This document shows, in pieces, positions 29,394-46,342 of a DNA stretch of 64,000 bases. The position numbers were made by a program, and so were the translations under genes. Source of the DNA: Octopus vulgaris (lineage: Eukaryota); the NCBI GenBank assembly GCA_951406725.2, contig OX597828.1, forward strand, positions 744,001 through 808,000. The letters run 5' to 3'. A model generated the notes under the pieces. The model had not been told where the DNA came from, searched no databases, and worked only from the letters and a program-made list of their open reading frames with translations. Positions within the stretch are counted from its first letter, which is position 1; every line of letters begins with the position of its first letter.

Positions 29394-30754
29394 ATATGAA
29401 TAAAAAATGGAGTTAACGCAGGTTTAAACAAGTATTTTTACTTTCTACATATGTTTCAAAAATTCCACTGATACTTATTCAAAAGAATAAAAGGTATAAA
29501 CAATGCAATCTTCTCTTCGGGAAAGTGAAAAAACGAAACTTGTCAATACGACATTTTAGCAAAAAATGATGGATTCTTATAGCGATAGACAGAACGCTAT
29601 TAATATTGTTTAAAAACGTTATATGATATAACGTCATAAGTAGCTAACAGAAAGAGTAGGGATATTAATAGTGAATGTTAAATATAAAGGAAATTAAAGT
29701 CTAAACTATATATAATGATAGAGACTACTTATATGCACTAAAAGTATGCTTCTGCCAATGCTTACATCTGTATGCTCGTTCTATAACCGTGTTTACTAGA
29801 GTATTTTTAGAAAAAATAATGAAAAATAGCTCAGAATTGCAGAGAAGACAGAATTTCTTGCCTTTGTCATATGGTATCGAAATTGAGAGGATCAACCATT
29901 CTAAATGAAATTGTTCATTGTGGTCTTTTAAATCCCAAATCAGTTTGCAGAGACCGGTACTATTCCGTTTATTTCTATCCCTAAATGTTGAGTAATGGAT
30001 AGAAATTCTCTTAGATAACTCTAACGATGTGCTTAAATTTATGTCAAGTAACTCTAAGATTAAAAATTCTATATACCAGTGTATAATCAGTACTCGTAAT
30101 AAAGTACGATTTTACATTGGAAGCACATCGTTAGAGTTATCTAAGAGAATTTCTATCCATTACTCAACATTTAGGGATAGAAATAAACGGAATAGTACCG
30201 GTCTCTGCAAACTGATTTGGGATTTAAAAGACCACAATGAACAATTTCATTTAGAATGGTTGATCCTCTCAATTTCGATACCATATGACAAAGGCAAGAA
30301 ATTCTGTCTTCTCTGCAATTCTGAGCTATTTTTCATTATTTTTTCTAAAAATACTCTAGTAAACACGGTTATAGAACGAGCATACAGATGTAAGCATTGG
30401 CAGAAGCATACTTTTAGTGCATATAAGTAGTCTCTATCATTATATATAGTTTAGACTTTAATTTCCTTTATATTTAACATTCACTATTAATATCCCTACT
30501 CTTTCCGTTAGCTACTTATGACGTTATATCATATAACGTTTTTTAAACAATATTAATAGCGTTCTGTCTATCGCTATAAGAATCCATCATTTTTTGCTAA
30601 AATGTCGTATTGACAAGTTTCGTTTTTTCACTTTCCCGAAGAGAAGATTGCATTGTTTATACCTTTTATTCTTTTGAATAAGTATCAGTGGAATTTTTGA
30701 AACATATGTAGAAAGTAAAAATACTTGTTTAAACCTGCGTTAACTCCATTTTTA

Positions 30755-30761
<7 letters not shown>
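29394..30761 (+). mobile_element. Penelope-like 3' end (GIY-YIG endonuclease fragment plus pLTR) with ~640-bp inverted duplication
   Basis: ORF 30029-30430 reads IYQCII...FYIGST...RISIHYSTF...STGLCKLIWDLK...CLLCNSE. 29394-30034 is the near-perfect reverse complement of 30121-30761. Confidence 0.88.
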
Positions 30762-30804
<43 letters not shown>

Positions 30805-31390
30805 GTTATAAATATTGGTAAAAACGGTAAGATAACAAAAGAAAGGAAGAGACCTCAATATTATGTAAATAGAGGAAATTTATCTGTAAAATAATATGTG
30901 ACAATTATCCAATAGCCAAGATAAAACTCTGAGTTTCGGATACCGAGGTGGAAATCCACAACACTATCTCTTCGGTTATCTGGCCATATTATTTTGGATA
31001 TATATATATATATATATAATTAATTAATAAGGGTGAGAGAATTAGATACTAATTTAATAGTATATTTATTCAACACCAAGTGGCCTAGTGCTACGAGAAA
31101 CCTGGATTATTATAATATTTTATAACATATTATAATATTTTTATAAAATAAATATAAGAGAGTGGTCACTATATTGCTCACTTAACAGTTATATAACCAC
31201 GAAAATATGTTCCATGAAATAGTATGTTAGCTCACACGGACAGGCAAATAAAAAATAACAAATAAAAATACATTTAATTAATTCATTAATAGCGAAACAA
31301 TTGTCCCAAAATAATCTGTATTTTTGTTATTTTTATTTGCCTGTCTTGATATATATTATGTATATATATATATATAGTGTATATTTATTT

Positions 31391-31446
<56 letters not shown>

Positions 31447-31517
31447 ATATTATGTATATATATATATATGTATATATTACATATATATTATATATATATA
31501 TACATGTATATATTACA

Positions 31518-31574
<57 letters not shown>

Positions 31575-31739
31575 CAACAATTGAGGGTAAAATTAATTAG
31601 TTATTAATCAATTTCACCAAGTAGTGTTCAGTATGTAAAAGGACCATTTAAGGCGAATTAAGAAAGTTCAGTATGTGGCAAAGTAATTTATTTTACTAAG
31701 CCCTAATTATATAATATATATATATATATTATTATTATA

Positions 31740-31935
31740 TTTCGGAATGGTCATATTGCCAGTTTAGCCAATAAAAACACAGGCACTATATATTTGGTGT
31801 TATTTTGCTTCAGTGATATTTATTTTTTACATTAATCTTAAGATTAATAAATATCACTGAAGCAAAATAATACCAAATATATAGTGCGTGTGTTTTTATT
31901 GGCTAAACTGGCAATATGACCATTCCGAAATATAA
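31740..31935. repeat. Fold-back (palindromic) repeat
   Basis: TTCGGAATGGTCATATTGCCAG...CTGGCAATATGACCATTCCGAA arms of about 85 bp. Confidence 0.8.
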
Positions 31936-31992
31936 CAATATCTGTTTCAACACACGACTTTACATAAAAAATCTTGCACAACAAATATTTAA

Positions 31993-32023
<31 letters not shown>

Positions 32024-32102
32024 TTATATATATATTATATATGTATATATATTATATATATTATATATATTTTATATATATATATATATTATATATATTA
32101 TA

Positions 32103-32164
<62 letters not shown>

Positions 32165-32165
<1 letters not shown>

Positions 32166-32608
32166 GATATGTTACAATTATTCAATAGTCAAGATAAAAC
32201 TCTGAGTTTCGGATGCCGAAGTGGAAAAACATCTCTTCGGTTATCTGGCCATCTGAAAAACGCTATGAAAAAATACCGTTATATAAAGGGAAATTATGTT
32301 ATAATTCCGCTACTTATATGAATTAAGAGTAAAAGTTCATAGTAAACACGTAAACATGGCTACTCATACGCTCACATGTATAACACAGTAATTTCCCTTT
32401 ATATAACGGTATTTTTTCATACCGTTTTTTCAGATGGCCAGATAACCGAAGAGATGGTGTTGTGGATTTCCACTTCGGCATCCGAAACTCAGAGTTTTAT
32501 CTTGACTATTGAATAATTGTAACATATTATTTTATAGATAAATTTCCTCTATTTACATAATATTGAGGTCTCTTTCTTTCTTTTGTTATCTTACCGTTTT
32601 TGCCAATA

Positions 32609-32615
<7 letters not shown>
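32165..32615. mobile_element. Penelope pLTR-like fold-back element (family also at 30810-30990 and 40268-40540)
   Basis: 32170-32303 is inverted relative to 32380-32525; contains hammerhead-like GATAA-CCGAAGA...GAAACTCAGAGTT-TTATC. Confidence 0.65.
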
Positions 32616-32689
<74 letters not shown>

Positions 32690-32691
<2 letters not shown>

Positions 32692-32900
32692 CTTAGATAA
32701 AACTTAGATATGTTTCGACCACAGACTGGTCCAGGTCATGTCTAACTTAATAGCACCACATGATAGGATTATCTAAATCCTGTTTAAGTCAAGTTTTGTT
32801 TATGGTCCATTCAAGTAGTGAGTTTTTTTTAACGATGTCGCCTGATCGAGAAGTGGAGGTACGTGGCATTTGATAAATCTATTTTAGTGGAAGTTTACGC
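32690..32900 (-). mobile_element. LINE 3' tail fragment (family related to 33.6-35.7 kb)
   Basis: Shares ACTTAGA tail repeats and CATGTCTAACTTAATAGCACCA with 33625-33690. Confidence 0.55.
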
Positions 32901-32936
32901 TGACGAAGGACATGGAATTGATATTTTATTATATTC

Positions 32937-33011
<75 letters not shown>

Positions 33012-33015
<4 letters not shown>

Positions 33016-33341
33016 CCTTAAATCCTTAAAAATGTTTCAGCCCGAAGGCTGCGGCCATGGTGGGGCACCACCGTTGAATGAGCTACACTAGTATGTGAAT
33101 GCACCTCTGATACGTGGCACTTGGTCGAGAAGGGAGTTCGATGACGCTGCCCGCATCTGTGTCTCCTGCTGAGAGGTAGGTTCATCTGGGACCCCGACAA
33201 GAAGAGATCCAGTTTAGTTTTAAAGAAACCCTCATCCACACCATGCAAGTCTCTCAGGCATTTAGGGAGGATGTTGAAGAGCTGTGGTCCTCTGAAACCC
33301 AAGCTGTTGCGGTATCTGGTCCTGTATTTTGATGGTGATAT
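33012..33341 (-). mobile_element. CR1-group LINE 3' fragment
   Basis: SPSKYRTRYRNSLGFRGPQLFNILPK plus 3' UTR, nearly the same as 19060-19375. Confidence 0.9.
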
Positions 33342-33342
33342 A

Positions 33343-33415
<73 letters not shown>

Positions 33416-33624
33416 AGCCAAACAAGAAAACACAGAAAAAAACACAGCAACGCAGGACGTGGAACAATTAAAGTATTATTGACGCTCAGGAAAGAAGGGA
33501 AGAAGGGTTTAACGTTTCGAGCGGAGCTCTTCGTCGGAAACAAGGAGAAGGAAAGATCCCAAGGAGGAAAGACAGAGGAGAAAATATTTGAGCTGGTGGT
33601 GCTCAAGAGATCACATATATATAT

Positions 33625-35888
<2,264 letters not shown>

Positions 35889-35901
35889 AATATATATATC
35901 A

Positions 35902-36015
<114 letters not shown>

Positions 36016-36138
36016 AGATAGGGGTTGAAAAATTCAACCCACCATGGGATAACATATATCCAATATACTGCTAGATAGGTACCCAACAAGACTAATACAT
36101 AGATGTTAAAAATTGCCAAGTACCGTAAATTAATACTA

Positions 36139-36805
36139 CAAAATTAGAAAATGGAGAAACATACTTAAATCAATAAAACATCAACTAACAGATGATACCC
36201 AATCAATACTTTATTACACCATTACATATCAGTAAAGGCATTATACAAAATATATAGTAAATATAAATAGACAAGGAAATAGAAATATAAAATATAAAAT
36301 AAAATATGTGATTATATCATATCTGACAGCTGTTTCGGCAGTAAGGGCAGTCATACCTCATTTAACCTATAAGCCATAAAGGCAGGTATAAATGAGGCAT
36401 TAACAAGGATGCCCCACGGCCTCTTCAGAGAATTTAATTTGTTATAATTGTGAAAAAAATTATTTTTCCATATACATATAAATATAAAAATATAAAAATG
36501 TAAAATATAAAAACTTGTGCATAAACTCCATAATGCTACACATATATATAATACTCATTGATACAATAATGCAAGGTAAACAAAACAAAATAAAACAAAA
36601 TATATATCAGTGTATATATTAATATTAATAAGCACAGATATTTTACATATTTAGCTAATAGTTCTAAAAACTAACACATAGGGAGATGTATGCGCACTAC
36701 TATTTAAATTAAAATCATCCCTATACCTGAAAATAATAATAAAAAAACCATAGTTCAGTTCATAAAATTATAAACCTATAAAAGTCAATATAAATTACTA
36801 TTAAT

Positions 36806-36857
<52 letters not shown>

Positions 36858-39800
36858 GATACAGTTAAGTTAGCACCAAGTACATCCATTCAAAATCGAA
36901 ATAACTATGAGTTTAGTTATCCTGTCCGCTTGATATTGATTATTCTAGATTAATTCGATTGGCTTGTAGTTTGAAATTTGAATCACAAAAGAAATTTTAC
37001 GGTTGGTTAGTCAAGAAACGTAAATACGCACACGCACATCCACAGATCAATCGCCCATACATACATAATTATATGTATACACACACACATACACTTATAC
37101 AGATACGCATCCACAAGCAACCTCTAGCATAAAGATAAATAAATAGGAGAGCAACTAAACTGTCATCTAGTCTATCAAAATTATAACTATGCCTCAAATA
37201 ACAAAAAAGATCCACTCATATATTTCCATAAAATATTTATCTCAATGATATATATATTTATATTATTTCAATGATATATATATTTATATATCAATATAAC
37301 GATGTCGGAAGTTATTTCACTATGTACCTTGCGTATTTAACACCGGTTTTTATCATAGTCAACCTAGCGGTTACTAGATTTACCGTAAATTTGTTGTGAT
37401 TCCATGTATGCTAAGTTATAAAGTATAGAATAATTTTTATATTATAAATATATATCTCTTTTTTACTTATTAAATCCTATGCCATTATAAACAAGATTAG
37501 GCGTTAAATAAACAACAGGGGGACTCACTAATGCAATCGTATATAAGAAAATCACAGAAGTTAAAAGATTGTAAATACTTAAGTTAAAATGTGATAAAAT
37601 AAACAAGAAGAAATAATTACGATTACACACATAATATAAGTACAAACCAGTATATATGTATTCATATATTATTAAGAAATAAATGATTGATATGTATGTA
37701 TAAATCTACACTTAAATAAGTAAATAAATAAATAAATAAATAATTAGATGACTTGATATGTATGTATAAATCTACACTTAAATAAGTAAATAAATAAATA
37801 AATAATTAGATGACTAAATGCAAAGATAGATACCATAGAGAACCAATTCAGATAAATGCATAGGTACAGGTACACCTAATATATAGTAATGCTAATATGC
37901 ATATATCCACATATACATAAAAGAGTATAAATGTAAATCAATAACATAAAATAAAGTTAAGGTATATATTGAAGAAAGTACCAATATAAACTAAGTATAC
38001 AGGCTAATACTATGAAAGTTTATACCTGTAAATAGTGAGTAAAAAATTGGATAGATGGATAATTTAATGTACAGATCCAGAAGACTATAAATATAGACTA
38101 AATATATAAGGCTGGTAATATTTATAAAGTCTGATGTTTGTAAATGAAAAGGTTTATTAGTAAATAGCATAAGATACAAATTAAGGTGAGTACAAAGGAA
38201 GACCAAATATACAATATAAACCTGCCAAATAAACACATACAAAAAACCTGGATTCTCAACCTAAACAAAACAAACTCACAAAAAGGCTCTCATATATTGC
38301 ACAAAAGTATTACATTAACTAGAGCTAGGTAACTAACCATGATATTCATATACACTATGCAATATTAGAAAACTTCGAGAATCACATATTACAAGGCAAA
38401 TACCAAAATGAATGTGTTAAAATGTCATAGTGTATTTCCCTTAAAAACAAGACAAAAACCCACATACAAAAACCAAAAAACAATTAATACTGGACACATC
38501 TATTATTATACATGTGTAGCTACAAAATTATATAAAATTATAAATTTATAAGTTGCATGCTTAAGAATTATAGAAGACCACTAGTATAGTTAGTTACAGA
38601 AGGGAGTTAAAAAATTATTAGTAGAAAAGCTAAGTTCTATCTGAATCTAGAGAAGGTGAATGGTAGTTTATGAATGCAAAAAAAGTTTTTTTCTTTTATG
38701 TTGTTAATAATATGCCTACCCGCTTTAATAATGAAAAAAATTTCATTAATACATAGAGAGCAATTTTTTATTTTTTCCATTATACACAGGTGCTGAAGTT
38801 AGTATTTTCCAATTTAATCTAAAATCTAAGTTCTTACTTTTGAGTTCCCAAATGTATGCACTTAACCCTGTAGAGTACATTCTATTTTTATTTCTAAAAG
38901 TATATCTGTGATAATTCAGTCTCTGTTTCATGCTATTCATAGTTGCTCCGATATACACCCTACTACTAATTTGCGTATCCACAGTGCATTGGTAAACTAC
39001 CTCCTTCCTGAGGCATTGATTACCAAACACACATTTATTTCTGTTTCTGAAATTACAATTATTAACAGGTTGAGGTAATCTAAGATTAGTCCCCAATCCT
39101 GTACCACCATTCACATTAGAAGTGTTACAATTGTTAACATCATCCAAACCCAAAATCAACGAATGAGTTAATTTAACATTATTGGCGATATTCCTATCAC
39201 TAGTACTAGTATTGGTAGTAGTAGTATCATCTATTACATTTATATTAACCCTAGCAGGTACGGTACGCCCATAATTTGTAAGAGGGTTGTTCCCGTTAGT
39301 TCCAGAAGAGTTTCTGTTCCTATTATTAAAGAGGGGCAAATTTCCATTATCTAAATTCAACTTTCTATCTTTGTAGAAGTAATCCAGTTTCTAGAAGTAA
39401 TCCAGTTTGTAGAAGTAATCCAGAGGAGATAATGGTGGCTAGATTATGAGTAATGCTATATCCTACTCTAACAGTACCATTATTAATTAAATGACTAAAT
39501 TTATTCCTATCCTTACCAAAATGCCTAAATATTACATTATGCAAAGCTCTAACTATGTCTGTTTTAATCTGCATAGCATATGGGATAATCAGCCAGAGTG
39601 TATCCTTATCAGAATTAGGATTGCCTATCGAATTATTGTTTTTTGTAAAAATCCTATTCCTAGACCAACCCATTTGTTTACTATCCTTACCATTGTCATT
39701 GTTATATCTATCTATATCAATATTCCCAAGATTATTACGCAAGTAAACCTTGCCATTATCATATCTACCATAATTTTTTATATGTATATTATTAATATTA

Positions 39801-39989
39801 CTACTATTACCCGTTTGTTCAGATCTATTTGAGCTACCGTTCACTGTTCCGAGGTTAACATCACCTCTATAATATATTTTGTATAATGCCTTTACTGATA
39901 TGTAATGGTGTAATAAAGTATTGATTGGGTATCATCTGTTAGTTGATGTTTTATTGATTTAAGTATGTTTCTCCATTTTCTAATTTTAT
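36139..39989 (-). mobile_element. Penelope-like element (5'-truncated; GIY-YIG end, long AT-rich 3' region, inverted terminal segment)
   Basis: ORFs 39365-39844 and 38746-39360 read CNFRNRNKCVFGNQCLRKEVVYQC...VYIGAT...STGLSAYIWELK. 36139-36257 is the reverse complement of 39872-39989. Confidence 0.82.
36321..36432 (-). ncRNA. Type I hammerhead ribozyme motif in Penelope-like pLTR
   Basis: - strand: UCU-CUGAAGA-GGC...long stem II...GCC-GAAAC-AGCU-GUC^AGA; canonical core, palindromic stem III, short stem I. Confidence 0.6.
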
Positions 39990-40208
39990 ATATATATATA
40001 TACATTAATAGAATGAGATAAAAATCTCATTCTGTTTTTATATGTACGCATGCTGATATATGACCAACGTTGGACTCCTCATTCGCATAATCACCGAATC
40101 TGAAGCTTAACTATAGTCTGTCCATACCACTTACTCAGCATTACCTGACATCTTTGGGTGTTCTTGATACCATTACCTCTCATAACCTCAATACACACAC
40201 ACACACAC

Positions 40209-40274
<66 letters not shown>

Positions 40275-40535
40275 TAAAAACGGTAAAATAACAAAAGAAA
40301 GAAAGAGACCTCAATATTATGTAAATAGAGGAAATTTATCTATAAAATAATATGTTACGATTACTCAATAGTCAAGATAAAACTCTGAGTTTCAGATGCC
40401 GAAGTGGAAATCCACAACAGCATCTCTTCTTTTTTCAGATGGCCAGATAACCGAAGAGATGGTGTTGTGGATTTCCACTTCGGCATCTGAAACTCAGATC
40501 TTTATCTTGACTATTGAGTAATCGTAACATATTAT

Positions 40536-40608
<73 letters not shown>

Positions 40609-41252
40609 GAAAGTACCACATGAGCACCTACATCACTATAAATAGAAGTCAAAAATACTTGTGTACCACAGAATAGTCATCAATCAAATATAAGCATGGT
40701 AGGAAATACTTCCAGTGTACATTAAAAACGTATTACCTCTGCAAGGTCAGTACAGGCGATACTGGTCAACTTAGAATCGGTTTCAAACTTAGCGCCAAAT
40801 AGGTGTTGTTTCTCATCGGTCAAAGACTGTCAGCTTATTACTACTAAAATCTTCCCCCACCATGCTCGCAAAAGTTCGTTTGAAGTGACCAGACACTATT
40901 TAAATAAACGAAATGCGTGAAATTATTTATAAATGAATATAAGAAGGAATGGTACTATTTAAATACCATCACGCGTGGCAAGTGTGTTGTCAGCCGTACA
41001 TAAAATATATATATATATACTATATAAGATATATACTCATATATATATATATTAGAAGAAATGAGGTACTCAGAAATTCGGATGGTTTTATATTTACAGA
41101 TATTTATTTGCATATTACATGTTTTTATACATCATATAACTTAGATCATGTATTAGCGCTTTCTCCCATTCTAGTGGGGTTTTCAAATCGAACTAAGTTC
41201 CTGTGAAAAACGTTTTGACCATTTTATAGTGTTATTGAATGTGTACGTATCG

Positions 41253-41330
<78 letters not shown>

Positions 41331-41573
41331 CGTGTGTGTGCGCGCGCGTGTGTGTGCGCGCGCGTGTGTGTGCGCGCGCGTGTGTGTGCGCGCGCGTGTG
41401 TGTGCTCGCGCGCGTGTGTGTGTGTATACACGAAGGCACCACATGAACACCTACACCGCTAAAAATAGAAGTCAGAAATACTTCTGTACCACAGAGTGGT
41501 CACAAATTTAATACAGGCATGGTAGGAAAGAATTCCAATGAACATTAAAAACGTCTTCCCTCTGCCAAGTCAA

Positions 41574-41630
41574 CTTGGAACCGGTTTCGAAATTAGCGCC
41601 AAATAGGTGCCTGTTTCTCATCAGCTAAAG
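41574..41630 (-). ncRNA. Hammerhead ribozyme motif in a dispersed repeat (copies 40607-40830 and 41430-41630)
   Basis: - strand: UUUAG-CUGAUGA-GAAA...UUUC-GAAAC-CG-GUU^CCAAG. Confidence 0.55.
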
Positions 41631-41744
41631 TACGGCACATATATATATGCACCCCCCCCCACACACACACACAGAGAAAGACGCCTTTCTAGTTATCCAT
41701 CCAGTATATCTAAAACATGTGTATATGTTATATCTTAACTACAG

Positions 41745-41870
41745 GACACACAAACAAACACGAAAAGAGTCGCGGACTTCATTTGTATATATATTTTAAA
41801 GAAACACAGAATATCAGTCTCAAGTTTCATTGTATTGGACAGGAGCCATGGTTATGGTGGTACTTTCTTG
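41745..41870 (+). CDS. Host WD40-repeat gene, exon j (DTQTNTKRVADFICIYILKKHRISVSSFIVLDRSHGYGGTFL)
   Basis: cttaactacag| ... |gtgagt; phase 0 to phase 0; supplies the His and first strands of the WD repeat completed by exon k. Confidence 0.8.
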
Positions 41871-42210
41871 GTGAGTGTCTTGTGATTGTTATTAGTACTG
41901 ATGTATATTGATGTTTATAGCATTTAAAGTCGTTGTCATTTGTAGAGTTATGAGCGCTATGGTGATAGTGACATGGCTAAATGATTAAGATTTTTCTCAT
42001 CGTGACAACGAGGTCTCAGGTTCGATCTTACTTTGTGGAATCTACAATGATTTTATTGTATTTCTGGATCGACCGAAGTTTTGTGAGTGAAACTGGAAAT
42101 TGTTTAGAAGCGGGTGTTGTTTATGTTTATAATTGAAAACTCCAGCCTACAGGGTGACGGCCTAGCCAGGCCCCAATCTTATGACAAACCAAATAAAGCT
42201 ATGTATTTTA

Positions 42211-42263
<53 letters not shown>

Positions 42264-42287
42264 GGTTTTATTTTTTTAATTTTGTAG

Positions 42288-42340
42288 GTAAGTGGTGGAT
42301 GGGACCAACAACTTTGTCTGTGGAACTTAGAAACTGGACA
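42288..42340 (+). CDS. Host WD40-repeat gene, exon k (VSGGWDQQLCLWNLETGQ)
   Basis: ttttgtag| ... |gtaagt; classic WD motif SGGWD..L.LWN. Confidence 0.9.
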
Positions 42341-42550
42341 GTAAGTACATTACATTATTATTCACGCACACACACACATACATATATATAAAGAAGCATT
42401 GGTTATAGAACTAACATCAAATTTGGGTCAACGACTTTACATACAACACCACCCCTTCAAACATTTAATCATATATAAAAAACACCATGGTCTACAAACA
42501 CATAAAATAATAATACATATACATAAAATCACAGAATGTAAATATATATA

Positions 42551-43648
42551 CGAGGGGCGTTCAATAAGTAATGCCCCTGACCCACTTCCCATAGCAGTAG
42601 AGCAACGAAACTTGGCACAGTTATTAGTCTTTTTTACATAGGAACCACACAGAGTTACGCATTTCTCCCATCGTTTGATGCAGCTCTGGAGACCGTTTTT
42701 GTAGAAGACCCCAGCTTGGTCCATCCAACCACGACGTGACTTCAGAAATAAAGGCTGCATCATCTGGGAAACGCTTTCCTTTCAAAAACAAATTCATGGC
42801 TGGGAAGAGGTGAAAATCAGAGGGTGCAAGGTCAGGAGAGTAGGGGGATGGGGGAAGAGTTCATAGTCGCACACCTGTGCTTCTGATCTGGCGGCACGCG
42901 AGTTGTGGACCGGAGCGTTGTCCTACAGGAGGAGGATGCCTTTGCCCCGCCTCTTGATTTTGATAGCTTCTCTTAATTTCCTCAAAAGTGAAGCATAATA
43001 GGCTCCTGTAATTGTGGTACCCTTTGCCAGGAAATCTGTCATCACTACTCCGTCCTGGTCCCAGAAGACTGTGAACATGACTTTACCAGCGGAGGGCTGC
43101 ACCTTTGCCTTCTTTGGAGGAGGTGAGTCACGGTGCTTCCACTGCATTGACTGGGCTTTGGTCTCTGGATCATAGTGATGGACCCAGGTTTCATCCTGTG
43201 TAATCAGTCTTTTGAAAATTTTGAATCATCTTCTTGGCACATCTCCAAATTAACCCTCGAGCACTCGACGCGTTCTTGCTTCTGGAAAGGTGTGAGCAAC
43301 CTGGGAATCCATCTGGCAGACACCTTTTGCATATGCAAATGGTCATGAATGATAGTTTCCACAGACCCGGTACTAATCTTGACCTCCTGGGGTATTTGGC
43401 GAATAGTTATGCGTCGATCTTCCAAAATGGCAGCCTCAACTTGACGGACAGATGCCTCATCAATGGCAGAAGGGGGCGACCAGATCTGAGAGCTGTTTCC
43501 ACAGAGTTCCGACCATGTTTGAATTCACGATGCCAGCGTTTTACAAGGTCATATGATGGGGCATCATCACCATAAGTTACATGCAAAATTTCAGCTAGAT
43601 CAAACAACTGCAAGTGAGTCAGGGGCATTACTTATTGAACGTACCTCG
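42551..43648 (-). mobile_element. Mariner copy with internal deletion removing the transposase start
   Basis: Both TIRs with TA flanks; 5' UTR fused directly to the VTYGDDAPSY coding region. Confidence 0.95.
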
Positions 43649-43710
<62 letters not shown>

Positions 43711-44458
43711 GCAATGAAATACAAATAGAATGGCTTATCAAAAGTTAAATATAACGACTAAAAATTCAAAACTATTAAAAAGCCTAATGGACAATATAAA
43801 ATGATAAAAATAAAGATAAAATTGTTGTCCACCGACTAAAAATATTTTAGCAGACGATTAAAATATTTTTTTTTTAAATATTTGCAAAAGCCTTTTACTT
43901 CCCTCACACAGGTACGTCCAAAGATCATAAGAAAGCATACTTCCACAGGTCAAATTCACATACATCTTGAAAAAAGTCTTTTACTCCCCTCCCACAAGTA
44001 CGTTCAAAGTTCACAATAAACAGATATCACCAGTCAAATTCAACATTCGGATCTTTACCTTTTGACCGGCAGATTTAGAAAATAATTTTTTATAACTAAA
44101 CACTTTCAAACTTCGTATACTGGTAGAATGTGTCATATAAAATATATTTTACTCTTAGCGTTTTTGAGAAAAGTTTCTATTTACGAAGTTATTTCGTTTT
44201 AAAGTTGTCGTATTTCGGTAATTTCAACCAATCAATGATGTGTATTCAGCTGAATAAAATTACTGCTGTTGTTTATCAACAACAACTATTAGCAGTGTAT
44301 ATACCGTTTGTCACTGTTATATTGTTAGAGTTACGGAAAAAAATGAAAAAATGAAGCACAAACGATTATGGTGGTGCCATGATGTAAACATGCTTCAGAT
44401 ACACTCGTTTATTCATACAAACGTAACTGAGATGAAATATGTTATAAATAACAAATAT

Positions 44459-44521
<63 letters not shown>

Positions 44522-44525
<4 letters not shown>

Positions 44526-45107
44526 CATTATATAAAAGGGCTTAGTAAAATAAATTACTTTGCCGCATACTGAACTTATTAGAAATAGCAGCTAAAAAAC
44601 TTTTTTAAAACTATTTCTAATACTTAAAGAAAATCTCTCTCATATAGTGTTTGCTTAACTCAACTCACGAAAGTTTGGGGGTAAAGACATCAAAAAATCA
44701 AATGCAAAGGTTATTTGAGAACGTACGTTTCAAGATTAGTCAACACGACACTTCTATCATCAGCTCAGAAACTCCTTGGTTTGGATTTGAAAACACTGAA
44801 AGTGAGAGCATACCCTTTCGGCTTCTCATCGCTTTCGAAGATCTGCTCGTAACTAACAGTGCCAACAAACTCAAATATGCAAGCGAAGAATTTCTGTTCT
44901 CCCCTTTCCACCAGCGTGGGTTAAAATCAGCAAACACTATGCTTATTTCGGTAAAATCCGAAGCATTAATTAGAGGGAGATTAATTAAGTATTAAGAAAT
45001 TTAAGTATTAGAAATAGTTTTAAAAAAGTTTTTTAGCTGCTATTTCTAATAAGTTCAGTATGCGGCAAAGTAATTTATTTTACTAAGCCCTTTTATATAA
45101 TGTAATA
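44522..45107. repeat. Segment bounded by ~105-bp inverted repeats (probable Penelope-type inverted pLTR)
   Basis: 44522-44628 is the reverse complement of 44999-45107; related sequence at 31575-31710 and 47645-47675. Confidence 0.65.
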
Positions 45108-45194
45108 ATTTGAATTCGCCTTAAATGGTCCCTTTGCATACTGAACACTTGGTGAAATTGATTAATAATTAATTAATTTTACCCTCAATTGTTG

Positions 45195-45236
<42 letters not shown>

Positions 45237-45980
45237 TTACATATATATTTTTTTAAAAACACACACACAGACACATCTATTTGCACCACAATAAACCCTG
45301 GGACCAATCAAAAACGGCCTACACACACAAACACAAACACATGTATATATATATATATATATACACACACAAAGACACACACACTCACACCATTCTGACC
45401 AATCCCCAAAATTCTTGATACTTGAAAGAGAAGCAAAAACTTCTTTTCAATTCCACATTACTCTTCCTTCCCCCCACCCAAACACACCTACACTGTCCCT
45501 TGAAAAAAAAAGTAGTCTTTTACGATAATATTGTGAATCAGGTCAGTTAAAACTACCCTACTACTAAAATGTAACCTTTTTGAACTTATAATTTTCAGTG
45601 TATATATATACAGATACAATACCAATATTTCTCTGAACTTTTTAATAATTCTTTCTGGAAACTGTTCTTAACATTTTCTTAAGAATGTATATATATATTG
45701 TAATTATTTGTGCCCAATATTTTAATGAACTTGTTAAACTTTTTTATATTTTCACAAGATTTTCCCTTGTAAACTGTTCTTAATATGTTATTATTATCAA
45801 AGAATGTATATATATTGTAATATTTTGTGACAACCACTACCTAACACAGCCAAGCTTTTACATGTTACTTTTGACAATCTTTTTCTAAAAAAGTGAAACC
45901 GGTCATCTTTTAAAATTGCATTTTCAAACCTTCTTTCATATATAATTCCACTCGTGCGGTGCCTTACAACTCCACTTAAT

Positions 45981-46062
<82 letters not shown>

Positions 46063-46074
46063 CATATATATATA

Positions 46075-46209
<135 letters not shown>

Positions 46210-46244
46210 TATATGCATATACATATATGTATATATATATATGC

Positions 46245-46301
<57 letters not shown>

Positions 46302-46310
46302 ATATATATG

Positions 46311-46341
<31 letters not shown>

Positions 46342-46342
46342 A

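Noticed and set aside
44651-44995. 114-aa ORF between inverted repeats
   Set aside because: No recognisable motif on either strand and no ATG or splice support; likely a TE internal fragment.
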